DNA of 64,000 nucleotides from Cyanidioschyzon merolae (GCA_000091205.1 AP006499.2); one strand, 5' to 3'. Counted from the stretch's first letter, positions 32,519 through 44,256 are shown. The notes: a model not told the origin generated them from the letters alone. Numbers and translations: made by a program.

Positions 32519-34690
32519 ATGGCCTCTGAGGAGGCCGTACTAGCTGGTAACTGTAGCAGCGAGCAGGATGCGTCGGGCACTGCAGTCGTTGCGTGCGCAG
32601 AGTCGGCGGCATCATTCGACGAGCAGGCTGCAGCAGCGCAACAGAATCAACTGCTCACTGCCGCTGCAGCAACAGACGGCAGCAGTGCGCGCGATGAAAA
32701 ACACAGCACGGAAACAGAGGAGGCTTTGAGGGCAAGCGTAGCGTCCGCGCCGTTCCAGCAGTGCTCCTCTGCTGGGGCGATGTTTCCCAGCGCCGCGGAC
32801 GAGCTCGTGGAGCGAGCGCTGCACGATGATCGGTCGCTGGCAGCCTTGCTGAACGCGGACGGTCCGGTACGATGGCCGTCCTCCGAAGTGGTGCTCCATC
32901 AGGTAGCATGCTCTCTCGAGCGGCGTTACCTGCTGCACCCCGGAACCATGTACATCTCAAAAAGGTACTTGTGCTTCCAGCTCACGTCAAGCGGCAGCTC
33001 ATCGTTTCTGGAGGCTGCAGGAGCCTCCGCTAGTAGCTTTCTCAGCTTTGGATATAGGTCCAGCCCAGCGGCAAACAGCGGTTCTGCTGCACTGGCCCAA
33101 GCGGAACGGCGCAGTGTCCCTGAAGCAGACGGAGACGCCGTCTGCTCCGCCAGGGACTGTGCCTCGAGCGTTGCTTCCCCGCGTTCTGCGAGCGGCAACG
33201 GTACCACGGTCTCGCCAGGAAGTTTGGCGCAGCAGAGGGCTAGCGATTCCGGGTCTACGACGCTCTGGCTGATTCCCTTCGAGGCAGTGACTTCCGTTCG
33301 CAAATCATCATACCTGTATCTGGAGAGCGCGTTGGAGGTTTCGACGACCTTTGGTCTCTGCAATCATACTCGACATGGCGGCGTGTTCTGGACGAAACCG
33401 CAAGAGGCTGTCTCAGGGATCAAACTACTCCGGTTTGCTGCCTTTTCTGAGCCGAACCGGGATGTCGTGTACCAGTACGTCATGAAGGCTTGGATGGCTC
33501 GACTGAGTCTGCTCGCGCTGGAGGGTCGACTCCCGCTCACGATGCAGACACCCAGCACACAGCACGCTCTGGACAACGCAGGGAAGCCCGCGACGCAACC
33601 GGGCTCTGAAAACAATATGTTTATCGCGGGCGTTTCGGAGGTGAAAAACGAACCTCGCACCACCAAGACGAATACAGCGGTTACCGGTGGCCTCGCGCTG
33701 TCAAATGCTGTGGCTTCTCAGGAGACGCTGAAAACGCCAGACACCAGCGCCAACGGGTCTGTTGTGGAGTCACTATCACGGGAGGACGGTGCTGCGGTTG
33801 CAGTTGAAACGCCCTACGACATCGACGCGGGACAAGTTGTGCTCGAGATACCAGCACACATCACCTCTGCCCAGACAGCTGACAAGGTCCCCGAGGCTTT
33901 GCTCTTTGAACTCTTTTTCGCCGATACCGCAACGCTGCCCAAGCAGTTGAATGAGGCCCTCGGACACACGGAGCTGCAGATGAGCACCTGGCAACTCATT
34001 GAGCCAGCCTCGGACGCAGCTGTGCATGCTGCGAGCGCTTTCCCATCACGCCATCGGACGATATCATATCAGGTGACGGTGCGGCGGGGTATCCTGAGCT
34101 TCACCGGTCACTGCACGGAGTCGCAATCGTTCCGCTTAACGCCCCCGGCATTGCGGGATGCCGGATACCCGTACGGAGCGCTCTACGAAATGTCCGTCAT
34201 CACTCGAGACATGCCCTCATCGGACACGTTTCTTGTCCGCCAGCGAATTTTTTTCGATATGCAGCAGATAGACAAGGTGTGGCGAGTACGCGTTCGCGCG
34301 GTTCTCGGTATCCAGTGGCTTGGACGCACCGTCTGGCGGCCTTTCATCGAGCGCAGTGTGGCGGCTCAGAGCCGCCACGCCTTTGAGCAGTACAGCAAGC
34401 TGATGGACGCAGAAATATCCAAGTTTCGGGCACGAGAAGGTGCAGCTCAAATTCAGCATCATCCGCATGCCTCCAAACCAGAACCAATCATCGCTGTGAT
34501 GTGGGTTGTGCTCGCGAGCAGGGTGCGATCGCTGGTGCAGCGCACTGCTCGGGCCGTGGAACAGGCCCTGGTACGACTACCACCACCGCTGCTCGCTCGT
34601 CTGTTTCTTACGCAAACGGTTCTCTTAATGCTTTGCTCAGGTTTATGCGGGTATCTGTTGGGGCAGCTGAGTTCGCGCAGCTTGCCATAG
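32519..34690 (+). CDS. GRAM domain plus VASt-like domain protein (LAM/Ysp2-like lipid-transfer family?) with C-terminal TM segment
   Basis: GRAM-like 'HPGTMYISKRYLCFQLTSSG...LWLIPFEAVTSVRKS', a later VASt-like block, and a C-terminal hydrophobic 'LFLTQTVLLMLCSGLCGYLLG'. Confidence 0.4.
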   Translation: MASEEAVLAGNCSSEQDASGTAVVACAESAASFDEQAAAAQQNQLLTAAAATDGSSARDEKHSTETEEALRASVASAPFQQCSSAGAMFPSAADELVERALHDDRSLAALLNADGPVRWPSSEVVLHQVACSLERRYLLHPGTMYISKRYLCFQLTSSGSSSFLEAAGASASSFLSFGYRSSPAANSGSAALAQAERRSVPEADGDAVCSARDCASSVASPRSASGNGTTVSPGSLAQQRASDSGSTTLWLIPFEAVTSVRKSSYLYLESALEVSTTFGLCNHTRHGGVFWTKPQEAVSGIKLLRFAAFSEPNRDVVYQYVMKAWMARLSLLALEGRLPLTMQTPSTQHALDNAGKPATQPGSENNMFIAGVSEVKNEPRTTKTNTAVTGGLALSNAVASQETLKTPDTSANGSVVESLSREDGAAVAVETPYDIDAGQVVLEIPAHITSAQTADKVPEALLFELFFADTATLPKQLNEALGHTELQMSTWQLIEPASDAAVHAASAFPSRHRTISYQVTVRRGILSFTGHCTESQSFRLTPPALRDAGYPYGALYEMSVITRDMPSSDTFLVRQRIFFDMQQIDKVWRVRVRAVLGIQWLGRTVWRPFIERSVAAQSRHAFEQYSKLMDAEISKFRAREGAAQIQHHPHASKPEPIIAVMWVVLASRVRSLVQRTARAVEQALVRLPPPLLARLFLTQTVLLMLCSGLCGYLLGQLSSRSLP

Positions 34691-35546
34691 GGCTTGCAAG
34701 CGCAAAAGATTTGGTGTACAGCGCTCCCGCTCTGGAGCTCGCCATGCAATGAACAACGAGTCTGTGAAAGGCCACAGATTGTTTCAGTGTCAGAGCGTGA
34801 TCGCTTCCGGGTTGCACGGTCACGATGACCAGCATTGACGCTGAGGTTTTGGCTGGCGCACCGCCCCTGGGAGCTTGCTTCCCTGGGAAACCGGGCATAT
34901 GCCATGGTAGCGCCGTGCACCATGCATGCTGGTGCGACTGTGTAGCGCGCGCGTGCGCGATCACGACAAGTACGCACATCAGAGCGACGACAAACGCCAC
35001 CAGGTTCGAAGCTGTGCTGCGAATGACTATCTGCGATTCGAGTCGGGATCAGTCTAACATCTGAGAATGATCACATTGAGCATGATTCGGCAAACCGTGT
35101 GTTGCTGTGTACTGCTTTGCGATGTTATGCGCCGTATGATTCCTTCATGGTACATGATCGACGAGTCAACGCAATCACGCACCAGATTCGTGAACACCGC
35201 CAGGAACCAGGCACCGATCGCAGCGCCTCCGCACACGCTACCACGCACACGTTGACCCAGTGCAGGATGCCGTTTGTGAATACTCCACAAGATCGATCCA
35301 GCGACGTTCAAGATGTTGTTCGGAGACCAGGCGGTTTGGCCTCGACCTTTCGCACTGCCGCTCGAGGCGCTGGCAGGCACGCAGGCACGCGTGCACCACT
35401 GCAACACGGAAATATCCACGCGAAGCCGGTTCAATGCATCGATCGAACACTGGGCAAAGAAACTCGCTGATACCCATCCATCACGACGTTCGACGCTGCA
35501 TCCATCGTGGGCGCGCTTGCACAGAATCCGTCCCATTCGGATCGCT

Positions 35547-36821
35547 TCATACGAGAACATCTGCACCCGGAGGAAGAGGCGCTCCCCGATTCCCCGACGA
35601 CACGGTATGTGTACACTCGTGCGCAGCATCAGCCGTAACGTCTTGCCGTACCGGGTAGCCGTCTGCGTAGTAGACGCGCTCGAGGCATAGTCCGTGCGCC
35701 GGAGCAGGTTTCACCCGGGGCGCAATGAGCGCACGCCCTCGACTGCCTTGCTGCAGCGCATCGACAACAAGCGCATCATCTAACTCGCCTCGAGCGACTG
35801 CGAGAAATGTTCCCATGATGTTCCGAATCATCCTGTAAAGCGCACCATCGAGCTCGAACTCGAATTTCCACACAGGTACAATACTATCTACGGGGGATGG
35901 CTCGACCGAGATTCGTCGGATCGTTCGTACCGTTGAACGCTGGATCTGGTGGCGATCGGCCTTTCCCGGTGGGCTGCTTGCGAACGCTCCAAAATCATGT
36001 GTTCCTACGAATGTCTGCAACATCTGTTGCGCTACCGCCCAGTGCTGCATCTGGCGGTAATCTGTGTACGCGTAACGATGGTAGAGCGGGTCGATCCATG
36101 CACCAGCAGAAAGGCGATAAACGTAGCGTTTGCCTTGTGCTCGGTAGATTGCATGCCAGGGCAGCAGCTGGTACGTTCGTGTCGAGGGTACAAGATACCA
36201 GGCCGGCGGCGGTGAGACCTCCATCGCTCGTACCTGAATCGTTCGGGGAAGGAGTCGATTCAGGGCATGCTCCAGTCGAGATGGCTCAAATGCGGATGTA
36301 GCGGCCTTCTGCTCGGGAATATCAAAGTGTATGACTTGGCCTCGAGCATGAACACCAGCGTCGGTGCGTCCAGCACCGACTACCTGGCAGTGCCAGGGAT
36401 AACCTCCGAGACGTTGTTGCAGGGCCGCTTCGAGTCGGCCCTGGATCGTTGGTGTCGCTCGTGACTTTGCCTGTCGCTGAAAGCCGTGAAAGTCGGTGCC
36501 ATCGTAGGCGACTACAGCTCGATAGCGCACGAGGTTCTCTGTCGATGGTGCGCTACCCGCGTTGCGAGTAGGCTGCTCACCGGCGAGGCACGCAACCGGC
36601 GACAAGTGACTGCCTCCGGGCAGCCAGCAACGGCGCTCTCGAAGGCATCGCCAGAATTGGCCTAGCCTCGACGCGTGCACGACAAGAAGCAAGCGCTTCT
36701 TTTGCAACTGCGGTCGAGTGACACTCGTAACCCAAGCAGGACGTTTTTTGAGGTCGCCCAGTGCTGCTGGGAAACGCACCTGCTTTGAATCACTAGAGGC
36801 ACTGTGAAACTGGAGTTTCAT
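35547..36821 (-). CDS. tRNA pseudouridine synthase, TruA/PUS family
   Basis: 'YRAVVAYDGTDFHGFQRQ' and 'GAGRTDAGVHARGQVIHFD' (catalytic Asp motif). Confidence 0.7.
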   Translation of the reverse strand: MKLQFHSASSDSKQVRFPAALGDLKKRPAWVTSVTRPQLQKKRLLLVVHASRLGQFWRCLRERRCWLPGGSHLSPVACLAGEQPTRNAGSAPSTENLVRYRAVVAYDGTDFHGFQRQAKSRATPTIQGRLEAALQQRLGGYPWHCQVVGAGRTDAGVHARGQVIHFDIPEQKAATSAFEPSRLEHALNRLLPRTIQVRAMEVSPPPAWYLVPSTRTYQLLPWHAIYRAQGKRYVYRLSAGAWIDPLYHRYAYTDYRQMQHWAVAQQMLQTFVGTHDFGAFASSPPGKADRHQIQRSTVRTIRRISVEPSPVDSIVPVWKFEFELDGALYRMIRNIMGTFLAVARGELDDALVVDALQQGSRGRALIAPRVKPAPAHGLCLERVYYADGYPVRQDVTADAAHECTHTVSSGNRGAPLPPGADVLV

Positions 36822-38962
36822 ATATACATGATCAGTGAAACAAAAAACGTTCTACGACTTTTGAGGGTAAAACTATATCAACGCGCAGAAGCTTCCCAGT
36901 TTGTTTTTCGTACCGGCCGACTGCTATAGGCTTCAGCTCCTCCTGGTAAATCTCGAGAATCAGGGGCTGCCCCACGAGCTCTGATCGCCTAACCTCCTCG
37001 GGTCTTGTCTTCAGCGTCGCCCATGTCCTGATATATGAATGGCGGCGTTCAGGTTTTGTATTCACGAACTCCATGCGTTTGCGGACCCTGGTTGAACGCA
37101 CGAATACACGGAGTCCTCGAACTCGTGCCGCCTGTGCCACTAAAGTCTCGACATACTCCCGTCGAGTAAACGCCTTTTCTCACCCATGTCCGTTCCTGTT
37201 CTTCTTATTGGTCAAATGGTCTGCTTCGCTCGGTGGTCGGCGAGGAGGAGGATTTTTCCTTTTTCAAGCATCCGGGGATGACAGGCCGTCAGGATCCGTG
37301 ACCTCCGTGTCCATAACTTTCCCCTGGATTTTTATTTCCTCAAAACGAACGCATCCCTTTATGCCGTTCGATGAGGACCTTCCCGGAGGCAGAAGGACTT
37401 GCGGAATAAAGACGACCGGTGCCGCTGGTTTCACCGTGGGCTGTACGCCTCAGCGATTCGCTCCGTCGACCGATCATTACACTTCACGATGGAAAACACG
37501 CCTGCGACGGGGATGGACCACGGAGTGTACCCAGGAATGAAAAGCAGCTCTACTCTCGATAGAATCCACAAAAGTTCGAATGCAATGGGAAAAGTCTCCA
37601 ACGATTAGGGAACGGCGTGCTGTTGTATGAGTCTTCTCTACGAGCGAAACTGAGGCCGCCAAATGAATCCACTGCAAATAGAACAGATGAAGAGGTCATT
37701 GGCCTCTTGGATTTCGATCCTACATAGAAAGGACTCCATCTCCACGAATACCCATGAACGCTCCCATCGCCGCGTCCGCAGAAAGCCTCATCGACAGAAA
37801 AACAAACCCCAGTCCCTGTGCTTCATATCGATGGTAACTTACCAGGAACATTGCTGTAGTTACGATTTCGGTCGAAGATGGCCGCGCTTGAACTAGGACT
37901 TTTGCGACTATATCCCAGTGTTTTCGAGACTACACGAAAAAGCTGGTGAGAAATAGAGACGCCCGTTGCGGCTGATATCGTCGGTTTCACCTACCCCAAA
38001 GTGAACAACGGGTCGCCTTCGACCATCTTTCGCAAGCAGTCTATGAATGTACCTGTTTTGGCGCGGAACGCATATACTTGGTCCTTTCAGTGTTCCTCAT
38101 CCAGCCGAGTCCATTGGTATGACTGATCTGAGGGAGGAATGCAGTCCTCATTGAACTGTTCACTAGAGCATATATCTAGACGCAATGCGTCTACGATCTA
38201 TCGAGTACATCGCATAGCGATTTCGATCTCGTGCTATACACCGCAGCAGGGATGAAACAGTACTGCGTTGGAAGGCTATAAGAAGTGATGCTCCGTAGCG
38301 TTAAGCGAAACCGCGGCGCCTCGACCTGGCGCGCGTCATTCGCATCACCTGCCTTTTAGAGAATAAGCTATCGATGAAGCCTCGCTTTGACAGAAATGGG
38401 GCGCGCTGTGGTGTGTTCGACACCCACATTGCGCTTCTTGACAAACGTCCCAAACGAAGACCATTTGCGTTGACGCCGTACCGACGACGCGAAGCGCCCA
38501 GCCAGCGGATCCGTCCTAGGCCTCGCTGGAGGGCGGCGCCTCCTTTGAAACGGCTCCGACCAGCTACGGCTGCAACAGCCGTGCACGTTCAGGAGCGCCC
38601 GTGCAACGCGTCGTCAAGTCGCCGGCGTCGAATGCGTGTTCGCTCCGACGGCTGCCTGGAAGCTACTTGGGCACGCCACTCTACTCAGTAAAGTGACGCA
38701 CTTCAGTCAATGTCATCCGGTGCATACGCGTTTACCAATAGTTCATGGTGAGAGGCGCAGCACGTCTGCATGTTCGGTCGACGATATCGCAACCGCAAGC
38801 ACACGCGATCCCGCGCAGAAAAGCCTTCCCTGTCCCTCTGCATCGGAACGAAATATCCGCGCAGAAATGTCTTCTCGCATGGTGAAGCGCTTCGCTCCCG
38901 AACGCAGTGCGTCAACTGCAGGAATTGCTTCCCGCCAAGTGCGCACGCGCGTGATACGATAC

Positions 38963-38989
38963 CATCATCATCATCATCATCATCATCAT
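38963..38989. repeat. (CAT)9 microsatellite
   Basis: 'catcatcatcatcatcatcatcatcat'. Confidence 0.9.
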
Positions 38990-38999
38990 CCGTACTCGC

Positions 39000-40325
39000 C
39001 TAGGCGAACCACGCCACACTGCGTAGGACGTACATGCGTAATCCGTAGGCTAACGCGCAACACAGTGCCTGCAAGATCATCAAAACAAGGCAGAGCTGTC
39101 GCTCCGTCATTGGGCCGCAGAGCAGGAGGACCAGGTTGAGCAGGTTCATGTGGCTCGGAACGCCCTCAAGCTTGCGAGTCTTCGGATTCAGCCGCGGCAG
39201 TCGATGGCGCGGACACCGGATGATCCCCAGTAATTGCGGTAAGCTGTACAGGAAATTGAACACCTGCGGAACGAAGAAGAGGAGGAGCGTCTCGCTGTAG
39301 TGTCCCAAGATCGCAGCCATGGCCAAACACATACCTGCAAAGTAGCAGTAGGTATCGCCGACGAATACTGCCGAAGGATACCAGTTGTGAACAAAGAGCG
39401 CGGCGCTGGTCGCCAGGAATGGCACGATCAAGTCCAAGGAAAACAGATGGTTCGCTCGTAGACGTTCGGGGTCTGCAACTGGCAAGGCGAACCAGCCTCG
39501 CAAATGCGCTGCATTATGTAACGCAACAGCACAGCCGATGACGATGGCTTGACCAACTTCCAAACCATTGATTCCCGCGTGAATGTTAATGGCATTTGAG
39601 CAGAACACCGCCAGCAGGAGCATGTAGAGTTTGTATATCCAACCGAGATCGACCAGTCGCGGTACAACAACGGGTAGTTTCCAGAGCTTGGCCCATTCTT
39701 TGCCGTATGAAAACGAGGCCACTTTGGTGAGCAGCCAACCGAACCACTGTCGAACCGGCTGCGGTACGATGACCGTTGTGGAGCCGGTGTAGGCTGCCAA
39801 CAACGGCAGAGCCGCCACGCTCGGTAGAATCATCTTATCGCGCCAACGCAGATCAAGCACATCATCCGCGAACCCAAGCAGAATCATAAATGTTACGGAG
39901 GCGAGGGCGGCGTTGTAGAAAGGGGTCGCCTCTGGACCCCGGAACAAGTGGAAGAAGCACAGCCCGCAGAGGTATACGGCAGCCGCTACAAGGCCCAGCG
40001 CTTCTGGCACCAAGGGCTGCTCTTGCGTCGCATCAGCGCCCTCTTGCTTCGTCGGCGGCTTGTTCAAGTCACGCCCATAGAGTCCTGCTTTGATGAAAAG
40101 CGGTGAGAAACGCGGGATCAGAACGAGCGTCGCGAGGAACACACCGGCGGAGCTCCACCAGTTGAGCGCTATGTGCGCACGTGCCTCTGCATCCAGCTGT
40201 ACGTAAACAGCTCCAAGTGCCGCCAAGATGAGCGCGAGCGCGTAACGAGCGTTCCATATGCGTGCTCGTAGGCAACGAGGATGCTTGATCGTACTTGACA
40301 TTGTTGCACCGCTGACGCAGCACAA
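39000..40325 (-). CDS. ALG7: UDP-GlcNAc:dolichyl-phosphate GlcNAc-1-phosphotransferase (GPT)
   Basis: Multi-TM protein with glycosyltransferase family 4 motifs: 'FADDVLDLRWRDKMILP', 'NAINIHAGINGLEVGQ', 'VFVGDTYCYFAGM'. Confidence 0.75.
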   Translation of the reverse strand: MCCVSGATMSSTIKHPRCLRARIWNARYALALILAALGAVYVQLDAEARAHIALNWWSSAGVFLATLVLIPRFSPLFIKAGLYGRDLNKPPTKQEGADATQEQPLVPEALGLVAAAVYLCGLCFFHLFRGPEATPFYNAALASVTFMILLGFADDVLDLRWRDKMILPSVAALPLLAAYTGSTTVIVPQPVRQWFGWLLTKVASFSYGKEWAKLWKLPVVVPRLVDLGWIYKLYMLLLAVFCSNAINIHAGINGLEVGQAIVIGCAVALHNAAHLRGWFALPVADPERLRANHLFSLDLIVPFLATSAALFVHNWYPSAVFVGDTYCYFAGMCLAMAAILGHYSETLLLFFVPQVFNFLYSLPQLLGIIRCPRHRLPRLNPKTRKLEGVPSHMNLLNLVLLLCGPMTERQLCLVLMILQALCCALAYGLRMYVLRSVAWFA

Positions 40326-40430
40326 AACGCACGAGTCGCGTGCGTTCGAACACGTTGCGAAAGGATGGCGCTGTCGTAGCCGCTGTGGCGGTTATGCGCT
40401 TCTTCCTCAGAGAGATGCCGCGGCCTCGAT

Positions 40431-40512
40431 TTTTTTTTCATTGACAAAACGTTTACGTAGGCCAGCGTTCTCCGATTATGCGCATTTTTCTTTTCTTACT
40501 TTTTTTTTGTGT
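40431..40512. mobile_element. ~82-bp non-autonomous insertion with perfect 13-bp target-site duplication (MITE/retroposon-like)
   Basis: Direct repeats 'ccgcggcctcgat' at 40418-40430 and 40513-40525 flank 'ttttttttcattgacaaaacgtttacgtaggccagcgttctccgattatgcgcatttttcttttcttactttttttttgtgt'. About 90% identical to 12205-12293. The minus strand ends in an A9 tract. Confidence 0.5.
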
Positions 40513-41129
40513 CCGCGGCCTCGATGCTGCGGTACCTCGCAGCGGGGGTCGGCGGGGAACCGTGGCGCCCTTAGGCTTCGCGGCAACGCAGATGCAGGTC
40601 GGTCCGGGAACGGACACCCAAATGCCGAAGCGCCCTTGCCTCCATGACAGGGGCATATATGCAAGCGTTAATGTTTGTTGCCTGATGATAGCCAGCACAC
40701 CTGGTTTCGGGAGCTTCTGAGTCGAGTTCATTGATCCTCCAGGGATGAGCGTTCCTCGTTCGCCGCGTCGGGCGGGATCTTCGTGAATGTCGTCGAGGAA
40801 GGCGACATCTCCGCACTCCGCGAAAGCGTCCCGGATAGGCGCGTCCTTCTCGTTGAAGGAAGGACGGACAGGAGGTCAGGCGAATACAACGATGCCTGAA
40901 GTGGAAGGGCATGCCCTTCGTCGGTCCTCGGTCGCAGCAGGGCATTCGCGGGATTCGGCGTCAGCGCCATGGAACTTGCACAGAGACAACAAGATGCGCC
41001 GTTGAACGCGCTGAACCCGCATTCGATGAAGATGGAACACTGTACTGCTCGGTATGCGCCTGCCTTGGGATTTTTCTGGACTTTTTTTTTAAATTGTGGA
41101 TTCTCGACACTCGACGTGCAGTGATAAGG

Positions 41130-41450
41130 GCTTAAGGATTCGTTCGTAGTTTTAGTTTTCTCGACTTGATCTCCATCCTGGAATTTCGTTCCAATTCCTG
41201 CCTCATCATGGACAACACTCCGATGCACAAATCCGCTAGCGAGTAGAACAGCGTCTGCTTCTATGTGCAGCGGACAGGGTGCTCGCTTCGGGATTGTCGG
41301 GACGAAGCTCTTGATCGTTGTGTACGACAACTGGCGCTGCAAAACGAAGGCGAGCATCAAGTGTATCCCTGTGTACCCGTCACGCGCATGTGGCGAGCGA
41401 AGAAGCAAGCATTCACCCGCCACAGGGCGGCGCTCGGAGGACACATTGTG
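41130..41450 (-). pseudogene. Short degenerate fragment of TnpB/Fanzor-like gene (copy C)
   Basis: 40728-41444(-) 'ADAVLLASGFVHRSVVHDEAGIGTKFQDGDQVEKT' aligns with copy-2 'FDAVLYNQG..LVHNETSTGRKIQVGDQTE' and copy-1 '[23 protein letters not shown]'. Nucleotide similarity to 20270-20520 and 28530-28800. Confidence 0.35.
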
Positions 41451-42320
41451 GTGGATCTATGGAAAAATTGGCCCCAGTCCATCATCATCTGGGCGAAATT
41501 CGCACCAAACTTGTTCAACAAAGAATCTGAAAATGGCAAACAGGCTTTAGATCCAACCACCTGCTGGGCAGGATATGCGTCGACAAGAGCCCGCAGCAGA
41601 AAGTCAGGATATTGATGCTCTCCTTCGTATGATTTTTCGTGTGCTGGCAACGGAGCTCGAGTGAAGACACACCCTGTCGAATTTGAATCCGGAGATATGC
41701 GAGACAGGGATAGGAATCAGTCGCAGAACAAGCCCGCAAAAACTGACCCTTCTGGGGACGCGTAGAGACCCGGACGCTGGTGCGTACGCCCGAGTCGCTC
41801 GGTACGTACACCTGCTCCATTGTAAGCGAACATGTATATAAAGATATCAATAGGCACCTAATGCAATAAAACTAGACACATATGGGCACAGGATGTGTGC
41901 GTTTTCGCTGCGTGCCGCACGCCGCGCACCCCCCGCGAAATCGAAACGCTTGCGTCGGCAAGCCGCAGGAGCGCGCGCGCGCTCGTAGCCCCGCAGCCGT
42001 TTCGATCTGGAGCGCGCAGGGTACCCGGCCCCGACGCCGATGATGCGATGGGGTGACGGCCCTGGCGTTGCGTCCGCTGCAGCGGGTCGCTCGTCAGCGG
42101 GAGGCGTTGCAAACGGAACGTCCTGCGCTGGGCGGCAGCGATGCGCAGCGGCGCACTCCACAACGGCACCAGCAGCAGCACCAGCAGCAGAGCTGTTCTC
42201 GATATCGGAGCATTCGTCGACCGCGGCAGCTGCTGAAGAGGCCGCGATACGCACAGCAGCCGCCCGTGCCTGCTACCAGGGGTCGCGTTCGGCTCTGCTG
42301 TATCAGGCGTCGACGTTCCG

Positions 42321-43832
42321 TTGTTGGGCGAGGTGTGTTGTCGCTGTGGGTGCACCAAACGGACCGAATCGGTCGTTGATTTCATAACATACGAACTGCG
42401 TGCAAGCACAAGTTCTTGCTCATCGATCGTTAGAAGGTGTCCGAGCTCAGTACACAACGTTGTTCGCAGTATGCAGGCGACACCAGGCCTTGCGGTGCAA
42501 GCTGGTACGACGCCTGAGGTACGCAAATGGAAAGCTGACAACTCGCGGCAGCTTTACTCAGACGCAAAGGCATCACCCGAGAAACTGCTTGAAAGAGCGT
42601 GGCTGCGGCTTGGCCGGCGCGATGCAGACGCCTTGCGAGAAACGTCAACGCGAGCTACTGCCAATGCATCAGCGTCAGCGGCAGAGTTGGCTACCAGGGC
42701 ACCGTTATCGCCAGTGCTGTCTCGGGTAGATAGCAAGGACGCCAAGCTCCACTATACGCTGCAGCGCAGCACGTCCAAGGCTGTCATCTATGCTTCCGAG
42801 GATCCTCATCGGAACAGCAAGAACAAGGCTATCTCCAAGAGACAACTCGTCACTGAATGGACTCCCGACAAACGCATAGCCATGCAGGTGCCGGATGAAC
42901 GCCCGCGGGGCACTGTAACGGCAGCAACTGGCCCGGTGTCGACGGCGGTCCTGCGAACGCCAACCGCCTCTACCCCGGAACGACGACCCTGGACGCTGGG
43001 CGACTTTGAGATCGGAAGGCCACTGGGGCGCGGCAAATTCGGTAATGTTTACCTTGCACGGGAAAAAAGGACGCGCTACATTGTGGCACTCAAGGTCCTG
43101 TTCAAGGCTCAGTTGCAGAAAGCCGGTGTCGAGCACCAACTGCGTCGCGAGATTGAGATCCAGTCGCATCTACGGCATCCGAATATTCTTCGCCTTTTCG
43201 GGTATTTCCACGACGATACGCGCGTCTTCCTAATCCTGGAATACGCCGGGCGAGGTGAGCTGTACCGCGAACTCCAGAGATGTGGCCGTTTCAGCGAGCG
43301 CCGCACGGCGACCTATATCGCGCAACTCGCACACGCACTGGAGTACTGTCACCGCAAGCACGTTATCCACCGAGATATCAAACCGGAAAACTTGCTCCTA
43401 GGCATCTTCGGAGAGTTGAAGATTGCCGATTTTGGTTGGAGCGTGCACGCACCGCAGTCTCGTCGGAATACACTGTGCGGCACCCTAGATTATTTACCGC
43501 CGGAAATGGTTGAGGGCGCGCCACATGATGCGCGCGTCGATATCTGGAGTTTGGGCGTGCTCACCTACGAGTTCCTGGTGGGAAATCCGCCTTTCGAAGC
43601 GCAGAGTCACGAAGAGACGTACCGACGCATTGCACGAGTGGATCTGCGCTTCCCGCCGAGCGTCTCTGCGGGGGCGCGAGACCTCATCCGGAAGCTGCTG
43701 GTGCGCGACCCGGCCGAGCGTCTGCCACTCGATGCTCTGCTGAAGCACCCGTGGATTCAGGCCAATGCTGAGTTCGTGCCACGAATCGGTGAGTTGTCTT
43801 TACCGCCGCGAATGCACGCTGCGGAACAATAG
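42321..43832 (+). CDS. Aurora-family Ser/Thr kinase with ~220-aa N-terminal extension
   Basis: '[21 protein letters not shown]', '[10 protein letters not shown]', '[23 protein letters not shown]', '[11 protein letters not shown]', 'DFGWSVHAP...[15 protein letters not shown]'. Confidence 0.75.
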   Translation: MLGEVCCRCGCTKRTESVVDFITYELRASTSSCSSIVRRCPSSVHNVVRSMQATPGLAVQAGTTPEVRKWKADNSRQLYSDAKASPEKLLERAWLRLGRRDADALRETSTRATANASASAAELATRAPLSPVLSRVDSKDAKLHYTLQRSTSKAVIYASEDPHRNSKNKAISKRQLVTEWTPDKRIAMQVPDERPRGTVTAATGPVSTAVLRTPTASTPERRPWTLGDFEIGRPLGRGKFGNVYLAREKRTRYIVALKVLFKAQLQKAGVEHQLRREIEIQSHLRHPNILRLFGYFHDDTRVFLILEYAGRGELYRELQRCGRFSERRTATYIAQLAHALEYCHRKHVIHRDIKPENLLLGIFGELKIADFGWSVHAPQSRRNTLCGTLDYLPPEMVEGAPHDARVDIWSLGVLTYEFLVGNPPFEAQSHEETYRRIARVDLRFPPSVSAGARDLIRKLLVRDPAERLPLDALLKHPWIQANAEFVPRIGELSLPPRMHAAEQ

Positions 43833-44256
43833 GCGACGGGCATCGCCTGCATCGAACTGCTCGGTTACGGCGCTGACATAAAGTCGGCAGTGCACTAGGT
43901 AGCTTTCGCAGCGAGCCCTGAATCCTCGATGCCGGTCCACGCTTCCATGCAGGCTGCTGCGGTGGACGTCACGCTGATGCGCAATCAGCAACGTTCGTTT
44001 CGCCCGCACTGTCGCTGCAGGTTCCGGGCGATGCGTTCACGCGAGTCCGTATTTCCCGTGGACGTCCGCCCGTACATCCATGCAAACAAGTGCAGATACC
44101 GTTGCCACGTGCGACTTGCGCACCTGCTCCGAGTGAAGCGCACGTTGCCGTCGCGTCGCATGACGCACGCTCGCTACCAACACGCTGACCAGACTTGCGT
44201 CTGCTATTGGCGAGGGCGCACGTGCCTCGCTGTGTGTGCATACATGTGTGCGCAGC

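Noticed and set aside
36832-37140. 102-aa basic minus-strand ORF adjacent to the TruA gene (possible small ribosomal-like protein)
   Set aside because: Composition is suggestive but no family could be assigned with confidence. It may instead be 5'-UTR read-through of the TruA gene.
37838-37852. 'aacttaccagg' resembling the U1 snRNA 5' end
   Set aside because: Only a short partial match, with no Sm site or U1 stem structure around it.
38636-39139. ORF encoding a His9 run from the (CAT)9 tract
   Set aside because: It overlaps the 3' end of ALG7 on the other strand and is otherwise featureless. It is a product of the microsatellite.
41847-42541. Minus-strand ORFs antisense to the Aurora kinase 5' region
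   Set aside because: Poly-Ala/Arg low complexity and overlap with the kinase N-terminal extension on the opposite strand.
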